Made by a program: the position numbers and the translations under genes. A DNA stretch of 64,000 bases from Selaginella moellendorffii (lineage: Eukaryota > Plantae > Lycopodiophyta), in assembly GCF_000143415.4 (NCBI RefSeq), contig NW_003314303.1, forward strand, positions 780,613-844,612, in the 5' to 3' direction. The stretch's first letter is position 1; every line of letters begins with the position of its first letter. Below the pieces are notes generated by a model. That model was given only the letters and a program-made list of their open reading frames with translations. It searched no databases and was not told where the DNA came from. Shown in pieces: positions 12,763-25,466 of the stretch.

Positions 12763-14860
12763 GTGACGATGTCTCGAATCAACGGAGGGAAATTTTCGAA
12801 CGCCTGGAAGGTAGAGCCAAACTTTTTGATCCTTGGTGACAAAACTATGCTCTCCAGGACTTTGCTGGATCCTAAAGTTATCACAGCCGATACGAGAACT
12901 TATAGTACTACGGACAACGCTCATCAGGTCGAGAGAAGCGCTTGCCACGCGGCGCTAAAGTCGTGCTTCAGAGCTAGAGATGTCGAAAGAGGCCGGCAAA
13001 TCCACGCGAACGCGAAAGAAAGTGGTGAGGATTCGGACTCTCACGTAGCCAGTAGCTTGGTGGCGATGTACATGAAGTGTGGCAGCGTAGTGGAAGCACA
13101 GCAGGCCTTCGACAGGATTCCTCGCCCCGACGCAGTGTGCTGGAACGCTTTGATCTCGGGCTATGCGGAGAATGGCGAGGCCAAGGTGGCCTTGCAGCTC
13201 TTTCGATCGATGCAATAGTGCTGCGGAGCAAACTCACGAACTTTGCCGCTGCACTCGCTGCGTGCTCCACTCTCGCCGAAGAAGGCCGGAAAGTTGATGG
13301 GAGGATGGTGAATGTTTTTTTGCTGCATCGAGGCATGGAAGTTCATCGTCAAGCTGAGGCTGGGATGGGAATAGATGCAATCCATCGTAACGTCTACGTG
13401 GGGAATGCTCTCATCGACATGTACGTGAAGTGCCGGAGCATGGTGCGTGCTCAAGAGGTGTTCGACAGGATGAAAACTCGGGATGTGGTCTCTTGGAACG
13501 TATTGATGCTCGGCTACGCATAGGATGGTGAGAACGAGGAGCTAGCTCTCGAGATGTTTACGAAGATGGTGTCTGTCAGCTTGGTAGCTGGAGTGTTGTC
13601 GCTGCTCTCCAGGCCTGTAGCAATCTCGCAGCCAAGGAAGAAGCTCGGAATCCACAAGAGAAGCTCAGGTTTCTAGTAACGGGTGTGGCGATCTATGGCA
13701 TTTGCCTGCTGCGGGCAAATGCGTTCCAGAAGAAAACATTTCCATCTTCCATTTTGTGGAGGACACCCAAGGCATCCGCGGCGCGCCCGCACTTTCCATA
13801 CATTTCCATGACGAAATTCGCGAGGAATCTGTGACGATCAGAGCAGCGTCTCCTCCTCGTCGTCAAGAACAATGCAGAGTTTTCGACCGTGTGAAGCATC
13901 GCGACGTTGTTATCTGGAACACAGTGATCTCGGGATACACACAGAACGACGAAAGTGAGGCTGCTCTAGAGCTGTTTGAGGCTCTCTTGTGCGATGGTGG
14001 TATTTCTCCAACCAGCTTGACAGTCGTCGCGGCTTTCAAGGCTTGCGGCAGTCTTGCAGTCAAGAACAAAGAAAGGGATCGAACGAGAGCATTGGAAATC
14101 ACCATAGTTGTTCATCGTGAAGCTGTGACGAAGCTGGATGCCTCCGAGTGGGACGCTTACATGACGAGAAGCGTGATCGATGCGTACGCCAGGTGTGGGA
14201 GGCTGGGCAATACCGGTCAGCTTCGCAACGTGGTCTCGTGGAACGTCTTGATCCTTGGCTTCGCGGAGAACGGCGATGCTAGACGGAGATCTCAGGTTGT
14301 TCCACAGGATGAGACGCGAAGGCTGCCGACCAAACGCATCAACGTACGTCGCGGTGCTGAAAGCTTGCAGCATTCGAGTCTAGAGCTTGGGAGCAACGTC
14401 AAGGCTCTGATCTACCGTGGAGGCATTGAGGAAGATGGAGTTTTGGCTGGAACCCTGGTTGACTTTCACGGCAAAGCTGGAGACATGGTTTCCGCTCGCC
14501 AGCTATTTGACTCGCTAGCGGGAGATGGTGACGAGGCCTGGAGTGCGCTGATCGCCGGATACAGCAGGCAAGGGGACGCAAGCCAAGCGCCGACGCTGTT
14601 TTACGAGATGGTAAACTCTGGCATCAAACCGCATGGTATCACAGCTCTCGCAGTTCTAACCACGGTGGTTTCGTCGAGGCAGGGAAGAAGTTCTTCCAAG
14701 AAATGCCATCCAAATACGGCATTGTCCCCGAAGTGGAGCAGTTCCACTGCGTTGTCGATCTTCTCAGCAGAGCAAACCAGCGGGAAGAAGCGCTCGCGCT
14801 GGTTCAAGGTAATGACGAAGCGGTGGAACTTTGAACCTAAAACCGCTTGTGGTGCGTGAT
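12763..14860 (+). pseudogene. PLS-class PPR pseudogene
   Basis: SLVAMYMKCGS..FDRI..WNALISGYAENG, NALIDMYVKC..DVVSWN; multiple stops/frameshifts. Confidence 0.85.
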
Positions 14861-15276
14861 TAGTTATATAGAGCTCTATTTCGAGAAACTTTACTACGAG
14901 CTGAGCGAGAGCGAATGGGCAAAACTTGCTGCTCTAGCTGCTCTACTATCACTCTTCTTCTCAGGTATTTCCATCTTTTGCTCGTTATGTTTCTTTTCTA
15001 TTTTCTAGCTAGCTTTTGTCCAGACATGCTGGAGTCGACCGTCTTTCACAGTAGTAAATGACTGTCTCCGCAGAGGATAAGAGGCTGTCTTCCATGTTTC
15101 AGGACAAATCGTCCAAGTAGCAAGAAGTCCCTTCATCCTGGTCCCTCAAGCTTGGCCGAGTTTACATGAACTTTGAGCTCACAAGATTGTTAATATGTTC
15201 TTGGTTTTGTGTTTGTGAGGCTGGGCTTTTCAAATTCTGCTGTATTAGACATAATTATACAATATGTCCTCGAAAT

Positions 15277-15891
15277 CTATTCTTCCTTTGTGATGTACAT
15301 GATTTTCTCAAAGTACTCGCGAGGAACTACACCGTCGAAGCCTTCAGTGAGCACAACCCCATTTTCGGACATGAAAAACTTCATGCCATCCTTCATAGCT
15401 TTGGCCAAATCCAAGTATATGAGCACCTCACATTTGCTCTTCATCCCACTTATCACACCGTCTTGAGGCAAACCAGTCGCGAAATGTACATGGTTCCTCT
15501 TCATTCGCTTGAGACCTGTTTTGCGAATCCCTCTAAAGTTGTTTCGAAAGGTGCCATGGACGCACATAGGCACTTCATCAGCGGATTTGATCTCCCTTAG
15601 CAGCTCCGCTGTTTGCACAGCATCCATGGTATGACCTTGGTTAGCCCTAATGTAAAGTTGGTCGTCCTCCTCCTCGATAGTTGAGAATCTTTGCTTTGGA
15701 TCGCAGGCTACCATGCTCATGACGTCGGCTACTGTGAATGAAGATAGGGGGATTCCACCGCCAATTTTCACGTCCATCTCTAGCAAATCTTTGATACTGC
15801 AATATCCGTTGCTCCGAATCTTCAAATCCATTTTGACAGCACCGTGCCTCAAAACCCATGCTATTGTCTTACTCAAACTAGGAACCTCCAT
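15277..15891 (-). CDS. TPT1: tRNA 2'-phosphotransferase (Tpt1/KptA), intronless CDS
   Basis: LSK..VLRH, KQRF, IRANQGH, VHGT, RMKRNHVHF, SENGVVLT; catalytic R-H-R-R residues appear present. Confidence 0.92.
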   Translation of the reverse strand: MEVPSLSKTIAWVLRHGAVKMDLKIRSNGYCSIKDLLEMDVKIGGGIPLSSFTVADVMSMVACDPKQRFSTIEEEDDQLYIRANQGHTMDAVQTAELLREIKSADEVPMCVHGTFRNNFRGIRKTGLKRMKRNHVHFATGLPQDGVISGMKSKCEVLIYLDLAKAMKDGMKFFMSENGVVLTEGFDGVVPREYFEKIMYITKEE

Positions 15892-16099
15892 GCACAAGTG
15901 TTTAACCTAACATATGACGCTTATAACTTTTCAATCAGGAATATACTTAAAAAGGTTGGTTACCTTTTTAGTCTTGGTCGAGGAATAAACCAGAGTTACA
16001 TGAACTTTGAGCTCGTCAGCAACAAGATAGATGGCAGTTTGAATCGGAAAAGCCAAGCTGAGAGATCTTTCACAGGATCATCAGCAGCTTACTGACGAG

Positions 16100-16435
16100 A
16101 TAAAGATACGAGCGATTGCCATCCACAAGCGTCCCAAGCCCGAGGCTCATAGCCAGCCTCCCACACCGTCTCCAAGTCGATCAAACGCAGCCTCCACTGC
16201 TACTGGCTCTTCTTGCGACGTTCTGCAGCAGAAGCTGGCCGCTGATACTGCAAGGCCTCCATGGTGATCCTGTACGTGTCCCTCTCGAGCATCACCTTGC
16301 CGCCGATTACACCTTCGGCCTGGTGACACCAGGCCAGAAGCTCGAGGGAAATTGATGCGTTTGGTCGACAGCCTTCGCGTCTCATCCTGTGGAACAGCCT
16401 CAGAGCTTGTCTAGCACCACCGTTCTCAGACGTTC
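16100..16435 (-). pseudogene. PPR fragment, inverted paralog of ~14265-14345
   Basis: SENGGARQALRLFHRMRREGCRPNAS; near-identical DNA to 14265-14345 in reverse orientation. Confidence 0.65.
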
Positions 16436-17265
16436 CACGAGACCACGTTGAGAAGTTGGTCAATATCGCTCGAGAGAACTTTGCTGGAATCCGCCAGACT
16501 GGAATGGCGTGAATAGATATTGAACTTGCAATTCTACGTTTCACATAGCCTGGCTGCCACTACTACTGCTCCCGTTCTCTGTGTACATCAAGCAACGATT
16601 TAGTTAATACTCATGAATAAGAAACCATAGCTTACTCTAGTGGCTCTGATTGCTTGGATTTTTTACTTATCATTTCCTTTTCTGTATTGGATTCAGGTAG
16701 CGTTGAGAAGAGGCAGACCTCAGAGAGGTCTGCCTCTTCTTCTTCTTTCACACATGAAGAAGAATTCTCACCACCATAAGACGTGCTCCGGCTCCTCTTG
16801 TTTTCGTCTTTCCTGGACTCTGTCTTGGCTGTTTTCGGAAGTTACTCTCTCCTGAAATTCCGTCCCTGCACTACTGATGACAGTGTCGATATCAGCGCCA
16901 ACTATTGTTGAAAAGATCACTTCCGTGCTGTCTTCTCAAAGACCAGCTCCAGAAAAGCCCTGTAGCAGATCTGCTTCCCACGAGGCTCAAATGCAGGAGC
17001 ATTCTCATCGATGGCGATGAGAATGTCCTCCTCCTGAGAACCGGGAGGCGTCTGAGACGAAAGATCCTCAATGCATACCTTCCTGGCCCTGAAAAGCTCC
17101 AATCCCGACTCCAAACATTTCCTTTTCAGCTCCTTGCGAGAAGATTCGCCTGTGTAGCTCTTCACGATGATCCGATCTTTGCCCATCCGCACATAACACG
17201 ATTTTACTTTTTTTAATAAATCGGTGGTTAAATATTTTGCTCAAGACAGAATGGAAATGCTCTAT

Positions 17266-17650
17266 AAAGACAAGGAATTCATGGACATACTCGAGCTGCC
17301 TCCATGGATTAGCGAGGAAGTGCTTGACTATTATGCCCAGGAGTTTTCTCGCATGGGATTTACCACTGCCCTCAGTAGACTTGTAAGTTGTGGATCGATT
17401 TGTATCCTCTCCATCTGTTCTCCATTTTCTCCTAGATAATGAGAACTCAAAGCTTCAGTGGTGAAGATCAGCGCGCCAGCCTTGGTCGTGACCGGGGACC
17501 GTGACTTCATCCGCGATTACGTCGGCAAAGGTGGATTGAACGCCGACATTCCCAATCTCAAGGAGACGATTGTGTTGTCTGGCCACTTCCAGCAAGAGAG
17601 CGCTGGAACAGGTGAACAGCATTCTCGTCAGCTTCTTTGGAGAAATCACG
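17266..17650 (+). pseudogene. 3' fragment of duplicated epoxide hydrolase
   Basis: Close match to ~21996-22430 (ELPPWISEE..DYYAQE, VKIS.PAL.VTGDRD) with small deletions. Confidence 0.85.
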
Positions 17651-17719
17651 ATGATAACGTAACCGCGCCACAGTGCGAGAATATTCCACTTTCAAAACTA
17701 GGGTTTATTTAGGTTGGCT

Positions 17720-20644
17720 ATGGCGGTGGAGGCGATGCGCTTGCCCAGGGCGGTGTCGCTGCGGCCTCCGCAGAGATCTTCCAAGCTCGGCACCAGCTAC
17801 ATTCAGGTATTTCTGTTTCTCTTATCGATCGATCGGTGATTCCTGTTTGTTTTGGCAGATTTTAGGGACTGGAATGGATTCGGAGGACACAATGCCCAGT
17901 GTTTTGCTCTTTTTTGATAACAAGCGCTTCATCTTCAATGCTGGAGAGGTACTTACGTGCCGGTTTTGTGACATAGAAAGGATTTGAAAGGTTTTTTCAT
18001 TGCAGGGAATGCAACGTTTTTGTGTGGAGCACAAGATTAAACTTTCAAAGGCAAACTTATAGAAATTCTAAAGGGACTGGCTTTTCATTCTTGTTGTTTA
18101 GATTGACCATATTCTTTTCACTCGGGTTTGCTCCGAGACTTGCGGTGGTCTTCCTGGTAATCGTTTTTCTTTCTTTCTTTCCTTTCTTTGGGTCTAGATT
18201 CGATTGATTTTCTTAGCAGTATGCTGCTGCAGGGGCCTTACTGACGCTCGCTAGAGATCTCGAGGCGACGGTAACGATTTTCAGTCCTTGGAGACTGAAG
18301 TAAAAGCACCGGTTTTTTTCAGGTAAATATATGGGGTCCCTCTAAGCTTCAGTTCTTACTGAATGCCATGTCTACGTTTATCCCGAACTCTTCAATTCTA
18401 CATGCGCACATCTTTGGGTCTGATACGATGCCTCAAGGAGGAACGATTATCGATGACGATGTTGTTAAAATATCTGGCACTCTTCTTCAACCTTGCAATG
18501 GCAAGAACTGCGAAGGTACTATTCTCCTAGTGGTTTGCATTTTAGTTCGTAACAGCTCTATATAATCCTGTGTAGAAAAAGAGCCTTCCGTAGTCTACGT
18601 TTGTGAGCTCCCTGAAGTGAAAGGTAGATTTGATCCAGCAAAAGCAGTGAGTTTGGGATTGCAGCCAGGGCAAAAATATGGACAGCTTCAAAGGGGTATG
18701 ACTGTGGAAACAGATGATGGTGCACGGACTGTAAGCTAGCTTTGTTCATTCCTTTCGCTGGCTTATCAGATTTTGTTTTGTCTCAGATTCATCCAGACGA
18801 CGTGATGGAACCGTCTACTTCTGGACCAGTCTTCATCGTTGTAGACTGTCCAACAGTCTCTCATATACCGGCTTTAACTTCTGCAGCATCATTGGAAGCA
18901 TTGTATTCTTCTCCAAGAACCAAAGCAGAAGTGGTATGTGTCGTGCATCTTAGTCCTTCACCTGTGGTCGAAGATGCTGGATACAGCTGCTGGATGACAA
19001 GGTTTGCAGCTGCGCAGCATGTACTTGCAGGTCCTGGCTGGTAAGCGATCTTTCATGTCAGTGCTCCTCTTTTAATCTTCATATGCATAGTTGCAGGAGC
19101 AAAACGAGATGCCCGATTTTCAAGTCAAGTGCTTTGCTGTTGGCAAAACTGAATATGGTTTGTCCGCGGGTTTTTCCGTTCAATCTTGGAGTGGATAAAA
19201 GCGACACAAAGTTTTCAGAGGTAAAACATTCCCCTGTTTCTATCAGCACTGAACTCACGTGTTATTATTGTAGAATTCACGCGTTGTGGCTGCTCACAAC
19301 CTTCTCAAGGCAAGTAAAAATTGCCAACGTTTTTTTTTATGATGGTTGTGTGCTCATCAGTTCCAGCTTCTACCTTTGCCTCTTCTGGGCTTGGAGAAAT
19401 CCCCTGCCGTAGAAGATTTCAATCTCGAAGTCATCCAAACAGAGTTTCTCAATGAAATTCCAGAGCTGCTATCTATCAAACAGGACGTGAAGCTATTATA
19501 CGATGAGAACGCTTTGACGACGACGGCTCCAGCATGTATAAGCTCCAAGGCAGATGACTTGGAGATAGTTTTCTTGGGGACAGGATCTATGCACCCGTCC
19601 AAGCATCGAAACGTCAGTGCCATATACCTTCATCTTTTTGAGCGTGGAGGAATGCTCTTGGATTGTGGAGAAGGCACGTATGGACAGCTGAAGAGAAGGT
19701 ACTTTTCTATAGTTTTATTGTTCTACTACGAACTTTTTTTTCCTAAAACTTAATCTTCATAGATATGGGATCCAAGGCGCCGATTCGGTCCTAGCCAATC
19801 TGAAGTGCATTTGGATTTCTCACATCCATGCTGATCATCAGAGCGGACTTACACGCATACTCACGGCTCGCAAGGCCCTTTTACAAGCTCAGGGAAGAGT
19901 TCAGCCAATCCTGGTGATAGGACCAATGTTCCTCAGGCGCTACTTGACGGCTTACGAGAGACTAGAAACTCTGGCAATGGATTTTCTAGATTGCAGTCAA
20001 ACAACCATCGCCGCCGGCTCATACAACTCAAAGTTCCGCGACACCTTAAGTCTGCTATGCGGAGGGAAGAGAAAGCACATTGACACTGGCGAGACGGGGT
20101 ATGATTTAGCAACAGGACTTGACGCAACTGGTCGGAAGAAACTGGATCAAGTGCTGCAGGAGCTCGGCTTAAAGTCACTGCTAAGCATTCCCGTGATACA
20201 CTGCGCTCACTCCTTTGGAATCGTTCTAGAGTCGGCTCAAAGTGGCTGGAAGTTCGCTTTCTCGGGTGATACAAGGCCCTGTGACGCATTTGTGGAAGCT
20301 GCAAAGGGCGCTACGATCTTTGTCCATGAGGTAAGCTCGTTACCAAAGCTATTTCTTCTCTCAAGATTTTGTTCCAGGCTACGTTCGATGACGGCTTGCT
20401 CGCGGAAGCTCTCGAGAAAAACCACAGCCTGACTTGTGAAGCGGTCCAGGCCGGGGCAGCTGCTGGAGCTTACAGGACGATTCTCACGCACTTCAGCCAG
20501 CGCTATCCTCAGATTCCAGTTTTCGACGCGAGCTACAACGAGAGAACTTGCATTGCGTTCGACATGATGAGCGTCAACTTGGTGGATTTGCCGCTGCTCC
20601 CAAAGTTGGTCCCGGTGATGAAGCTCATGTTTAAGGAAGAATGA
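17720..20644 (+). CDS. Long-form tRNase Z (ELAC2-like), multi-exon
   Basis: [55 protein letters not shown]. Confidence 0.93.
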
Positions 20645-21173
20645 ATATACTATACGTGAATCCATCCTCCAGGGAGGAGCGAGAAGGGAAGATGGAAGCC
20701 ACCGCCACAAACGTTACTAGCACAAGCGGGGGACCCAAGACTTTCAAGGCTGATTTCTCCAGGTTTGTCAGGTTTTAAGGAGCTGTATGGATCTACTCGA
20801 CGTTGAAGGCAACTTGGTTTTCAAGGATAAGTTGGTACCCAAGCTATCTCTATGTCGTTCAAGGTATTGTTTCATTCCTTGATTCACACGAACAGGCTGA
20901 GCAGCAGAGACGAGTAACACATTCTCATCTCTCTCCAGTGAATAGAATGAACAAGAGCTCGGACCATGCTTTTGTTGGTGTATGTTTCTCATTCTATTTT
21001 ATTCTGGATTGAAATAATCAATGGATTTCTCTTTTGGACGCGATCAATTTATCTTCTCTCTTTGGTTTGGCGGTTGTGTCAAAGTTTTAGCAAAACAGCA
21101 GTATAGATTCTGTTCAAAAAATATCTTCATACTTTTTTTGTGCACTGTCATCTTCATTGAGGAAGGCCCAGCC

Positions 21174-22438
21174 ATGGCTACTGATGGTGAGATCTCCCAC
21201 CGCTTCGTGGAGACGAATGGAATCAAGATGCACATCGCCGAGGCGGGATCGCCAGGTTCTTCGTTGGTTTTTGCCTTTGGTTTGGCACTGATTTGAGGAA
21301 AACTCGTAGGAAATCCTGTTGTGCTGCTGCTGCACGGCTTCCCGGAGCTGTGGTATTCGTGGCGGCACCAAATGCCGGCTCTGGCCGCTGCTGGTTACCG
21401 TGTTGTGGCTTCCGACCTTCGAGGCTTTGGCCAGACTGACGCACCCCTCGGCATGGAGAAGTATACGAGCCTCCATATTGTGGGTGATCTTGTGGGACTG
21501 CTCGACGCCTTGGGCGAGGAAAAGGTCGGCCATTTTCCTCATTCTTTCATTCCTCGACCTTGGATGTTTGCTTGTTCTTTTCCAAAGATGCTTGATTTGA
21601 TTTGGGTGTGTGATCTAAGGCTTGATTTCATGTGTTGTGAAGGTCTTTGTCGCTGGACATGACTGGGGGGCGATCATAGCCTGGGACTTGTGCCTGTTTC
21701 GACCAGATCGAGTCAAGGCACTGGTTGCTCTGAGCATTCCATACTCACCCAGGAATCCCAAGCACAGTTTCAGCCAATCTCTCAAGCGCGTACTGGGAGA
21801 AGGATACTATTTTTCACGCTTCCAGGTAGAGCAAAACCACCTTTTTATCAGTCAAGTGTGTTGTGTGATACATTGTTTATGAGATTGTATTCTCAGGAAC
21901 CAGGAAGGCCAGAGGCTGATTTTGCTCGCTTTGACACCAAGACATTGGTGAAGAAAATGCTCTTGAATAGCAAAGGGGAGGTCTTGGTTGCTCCTAAAGA
22001 CAAGGAAGTCATGGACATATTCGAGGAACCCACTGAGCTGCCTCCATGGATTAGCGAGGAAGAACTTGACTATTATGCCCAAGAGCTTTCTCGCACGGGA
22101 TTTACCGCTGGCCTCAATTACTATCGAGCAGCAAACTTGTAAGTTGTGGATCGATTTGTATCCTCTCCATCTTGTGACATTGTTCTCCTAGATCATGGGA
22201 ACTCAAAGCTCCTTGGACAATGGTGAAGATCAGCGTGCCAGCCTTGTTCGTGACCGGAGACCGTGACCTGGTTTACTTCACGCCTGGGATCCGCGATTAC
22301 ATCCACAAAGGTGGATTGAAGGCCGACGTTCCCAATCTCAAGGAGACGATTGTGTTGTCGTCTGGCCACTTCATGCAGCAAGAGAGCGCTGGAGAGGTGA
22401 ATAGCATTCTCGTCAGCTTCTTTGGAGAAATCATATAA
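21174..22438 (+). CDS. Soluble epoxide hydrolase (alpha/beta hydrolase)
   Basis: LLHGFPELWYSWRHQ, GHDWG, LNYYRA, GDRD, GHFMQQE. Confidence 0.93.
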
Positions 22439-22539
22439 CCGAAGCTATTTTGTGCAATAAGTTTCTATGAATATATGTTATTTTAGAACGCCAAACTCTC
22501 ATCGAGGAACAAACTAAATGGCAAAATACCGCATGGACA

Positions 22540-22642
22540 AGCTCAAAATCTTGGCCATCCCATGCTTCTATCCACGTAACCACATCGGCTCTCCTGAAGG
22601 TGGACACCTTGAGCATAGGTCCTGCTGAGATGCGATTGAGAA
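22540..22642 (-). pseudogene. Remnant of the 3' end of a paralog of the 23147-24680 gene
   Basis: GTGGACACCTTGAGCAT.G.TCCTGC..GAGATGCGA and CTCAAAATCT.GGCCATC shared with 23180-23320. Confidence 0.7.
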
Positions 22643-23146
22643 AAACCATTTCTTAGCTCAAAATTAAGCTCAATTTCAGCTCAAAGTCAACAGTAGTCAA
22701 ACACAATCTAGACTTTCATGAAATTCTTATTAACTATGTTGACTTCTGTGGACTTCTTATTACCTGCGCTAAGTGGTGCAAGTCACACAAGCTTTGAGAG
22801 TAATAAACAAATGTGACTCTATTTAGAGAAGGTCCACTGTTTGCATCTCTAAAGCAGCGCCAAGCTTGCATACCCCTAGATTTTGTCGTTCATGAAACAA
22901 ATTACTTTCACCACCACTTTTCTTTGTCCACAAATCAATTGTAAAAGTGTTTCTTTAATCTTCTCAGCTTATCGGTTCAAAATTTGCGTTTTATTAGTTT
23001 TTCAGAACATGGTGCTCAAAGTGGTCTTTGTTGTATCTCAAAAAAGAGGAGCGAAAGCCTCGTCATGAGATTGTAACATATTTCGTTCCTTAAAATTATT
23101 CGATAGGTTGCTTCGACAGCTCTTGGCATCACCATTTGATGCAAGT

Positions 23147-24680
23147 TTAAAGATGTTTCGAAGAACACACTAAATCGAGGAGTTCAAAATCTCGGCCATC
23201 AGCCACACCAGGTATACCATGGGACATGCTTATCAAAGTGTATCCACTCTCGCTGGGTATCCACCTCGGCTCCCCCCCAAAGTGGACACCTTGAGCATGG
23301 ATCCTGCGGAGATGCGACTGGATCACGTCGCGCTTCATGTCCATACGCCGCGAGCTTAAATCCCCACTCGTCGACACGTCCGTGAAAGCCACGAAGCAAA
23401 GGGTGGCGCCCCGGACGAAGCCATAGCCGAGCATGGCGGGGATCGCGTCTCCCTGCAAGTCGCGCAGCCGCATGTATACGTCCACCTCCCGGACAAACTT
23501 TCTCAGATAAGAATCGGTGTCCATGCGAAGGCTGCTCGTCAAGTCCCTCAGCCGGACAAGCACGGGCTTGCCACGGAACTCTGCCTTAAGTAAGATCCGG
23601 CCCCTGTCCCTGTTGTGCGAGAAGAGGCTGGCCTGGCCTAGCTCCGCCAGATCGTCCCACCATGCAAGCTTGGCGACGAGCTCATCCACGTTTGCCACCT
23701 TTCGCTCCTTGGACAGCTTCCGGAGCCTCGCAAGGATTGGCAGGCGATCAAACGGCCGAGGGCCGATGCTTACAAACGGTGGAGCTCCGAGATCTCTAGC
23801 ATCAGCAGCGATCTCACCGTCGAAGCTCTGTCCCAGCCATGCAGCGAAAGCGCAGGCCTTGAGAGCGTTGCCACTGTTGTAGAGAACCGGGGGCGAGATC
23901 CACACGCGTCCTTTCACGCCAGGCAGCCTCTTACACACGAACGTCTTGGCGTAAGACGAGACGATCCCAAAGTAACAGCCCGTGAGCAGCATATAAGAGT
24001 AGAGCCTCGCAACTTGGATCTCCAGGCTGCTGTTGTTCTCGTCAAGATCCATAGCCATCACGCCGACGAGCGAAACCTCGCGTTGTTCTGGACAAGTCGC
24101 CGACTTCACCGTGTCGGTAGCATCCGGGTAGCAGCAGAACGCGACGCAGCAAGTCCCCCGGATCTGGCCCGACATAAGGAGCAGTCCCAGCAGCACGGTG
24201 CGGAAGTTCCCGGCAGGCGATGGATCCGGAGCGACGCGATCATCCGGCTGCCGCCGGGTCCATTCTTCCATCTCTCCGTGAAACGACCACCAGCAGTGCA
24301 TCTGAAAGTCGAGCGGGCAGAGCTCGGCGAGCGGTGGCGGAGAAACGTTGGCGTAGGTGCGGATCACTTGCTCGGGGAGCTCGGGCAGCGGGGCCTGGAC
24401 ATACTCCTTCCACGCCAGCGGGAGGTTGTCCGACCACTCCACGAAGACGTCCATGGAAACACTCCATGATTCTTCCAAGTCGGCCTGGACGGGATTGATC
24501 GCTGTGGGCTGCACAAAGACCATGTCTTGCCAGTGCTGGGGAAGAAAAGCGAGGTCCCAGCTTTAGGGGCTCCGCGCTTAGAGATGGGTAGCTTAGAAAG
24601 CTTCCTCTTACCTTTGGCGATGGGAGTTCCAGCATGGTAGGCAGCGCGTCTACCCTGGTGGAGGCGGCAACGTCTTCCAT
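23147..24680 (-). CDS. Degenerate PD-(D/E)xK nuclease-like domain fused to a pseudokinase (exons 24680-24612, 24535-23147; ~485 aa)
   Basis: Uninterrupted 458-aa ORF plus a phase-0 first exon; RLYSYM...FGIVSSY.KTFVCKR...VWIS and EVDVYMRLRDLQGDAIPAMLGYG...LRRIHAQGV motifs. Confidence 0.7.
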
Positions 24681-25063
24681 GGCGCTCAATTTTCTTAGGG
24701 CAGAGAGAATATACTAAACATGAGCTTTGGTGAAACATCAATAAAACCAATATATGAATGAATATTCGAAAAGATAAATATTATTTAGACCAGCTCAAAC
24801 ATTGTTTAGCGGCTCAATACAACGTACAAATATTCTCGTTTATTCACACGCTTCTGACCGTAGTATCTTGTGAGTATCTTTTATAATGACGGGCCATAGA
24901 AAGGATCACACAGGCACTTTCTACCGCACCCTGAAACACGCATTTCTGCTCGTATAGTATGGATATTCTTAAATAAAATATTTGTCCCCAAATGACAACA
25001 TGACACGTAGAAAAGCTTGCCTTTTATTCTAATCAAACCCTTTTAAGGTGTAACAGGGGGGTT

Positions 25064-25466
25064 TTTTGGACAACGGTCACCTCACTCGGTCACTCTCTCC
25101 ACCAAGTACTCCCTAGCATAGTACTACCTTAGGTCCAGCAAGGTAGAAAGATTGCCAGCTAGAAAAATGACATTACATGGTCAAAAAATGTTAACAGGAA
25201 TTTATAGTGACGTTTTGGGCAATGGTCACCTCACTTAGTCACTCTCTCCACCAAGTAATCCCTAGCTTAGTACTACCTTAGGTCCAGCAAGGTAGAAAGA
25301 TTCCCAGCTAGAAAGACGACATTAAACAGGGTAGATGTAATGGGAATTTATAACGGAGTTTGTCACCTCACTCAGTCACTCTCTTCACCAAGTACTCCCT
25401 AGCTTAGTACCACCTTAGGGTAGAAAGATTCCCTTTCAGAAAAATGATATTAAGAATGGTCAAAAA
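25064..25466. repeat. Three diverged tandem copies of a ~140-150 bp unit
   Basis: GTCACCTCACT..GTCACTCTCT.CACCAAGTA.TCCCTAGC.TAGTAC.ACCTTAGG..GGTAGAAAGATT at ~25075, ~25224, ~25362. Confidence 0.9.

Noticed and set aside
16640-17216. Overlapping ORFs of 70-100 aa
   Set aside because: No recognisable motif or convincing gene structure
15277-20644. tRNA-processing operon (Tpt1 plus tRNase Z)
   Set aside because: Divergent and separated by pseudogene debris; proximity may be chance
25064-25466. CRISPR array or 5S-derived repeat
   Set aside because: Long diverged units without unique spacers in a eukaryotic context; 5S resemblance limited to short words
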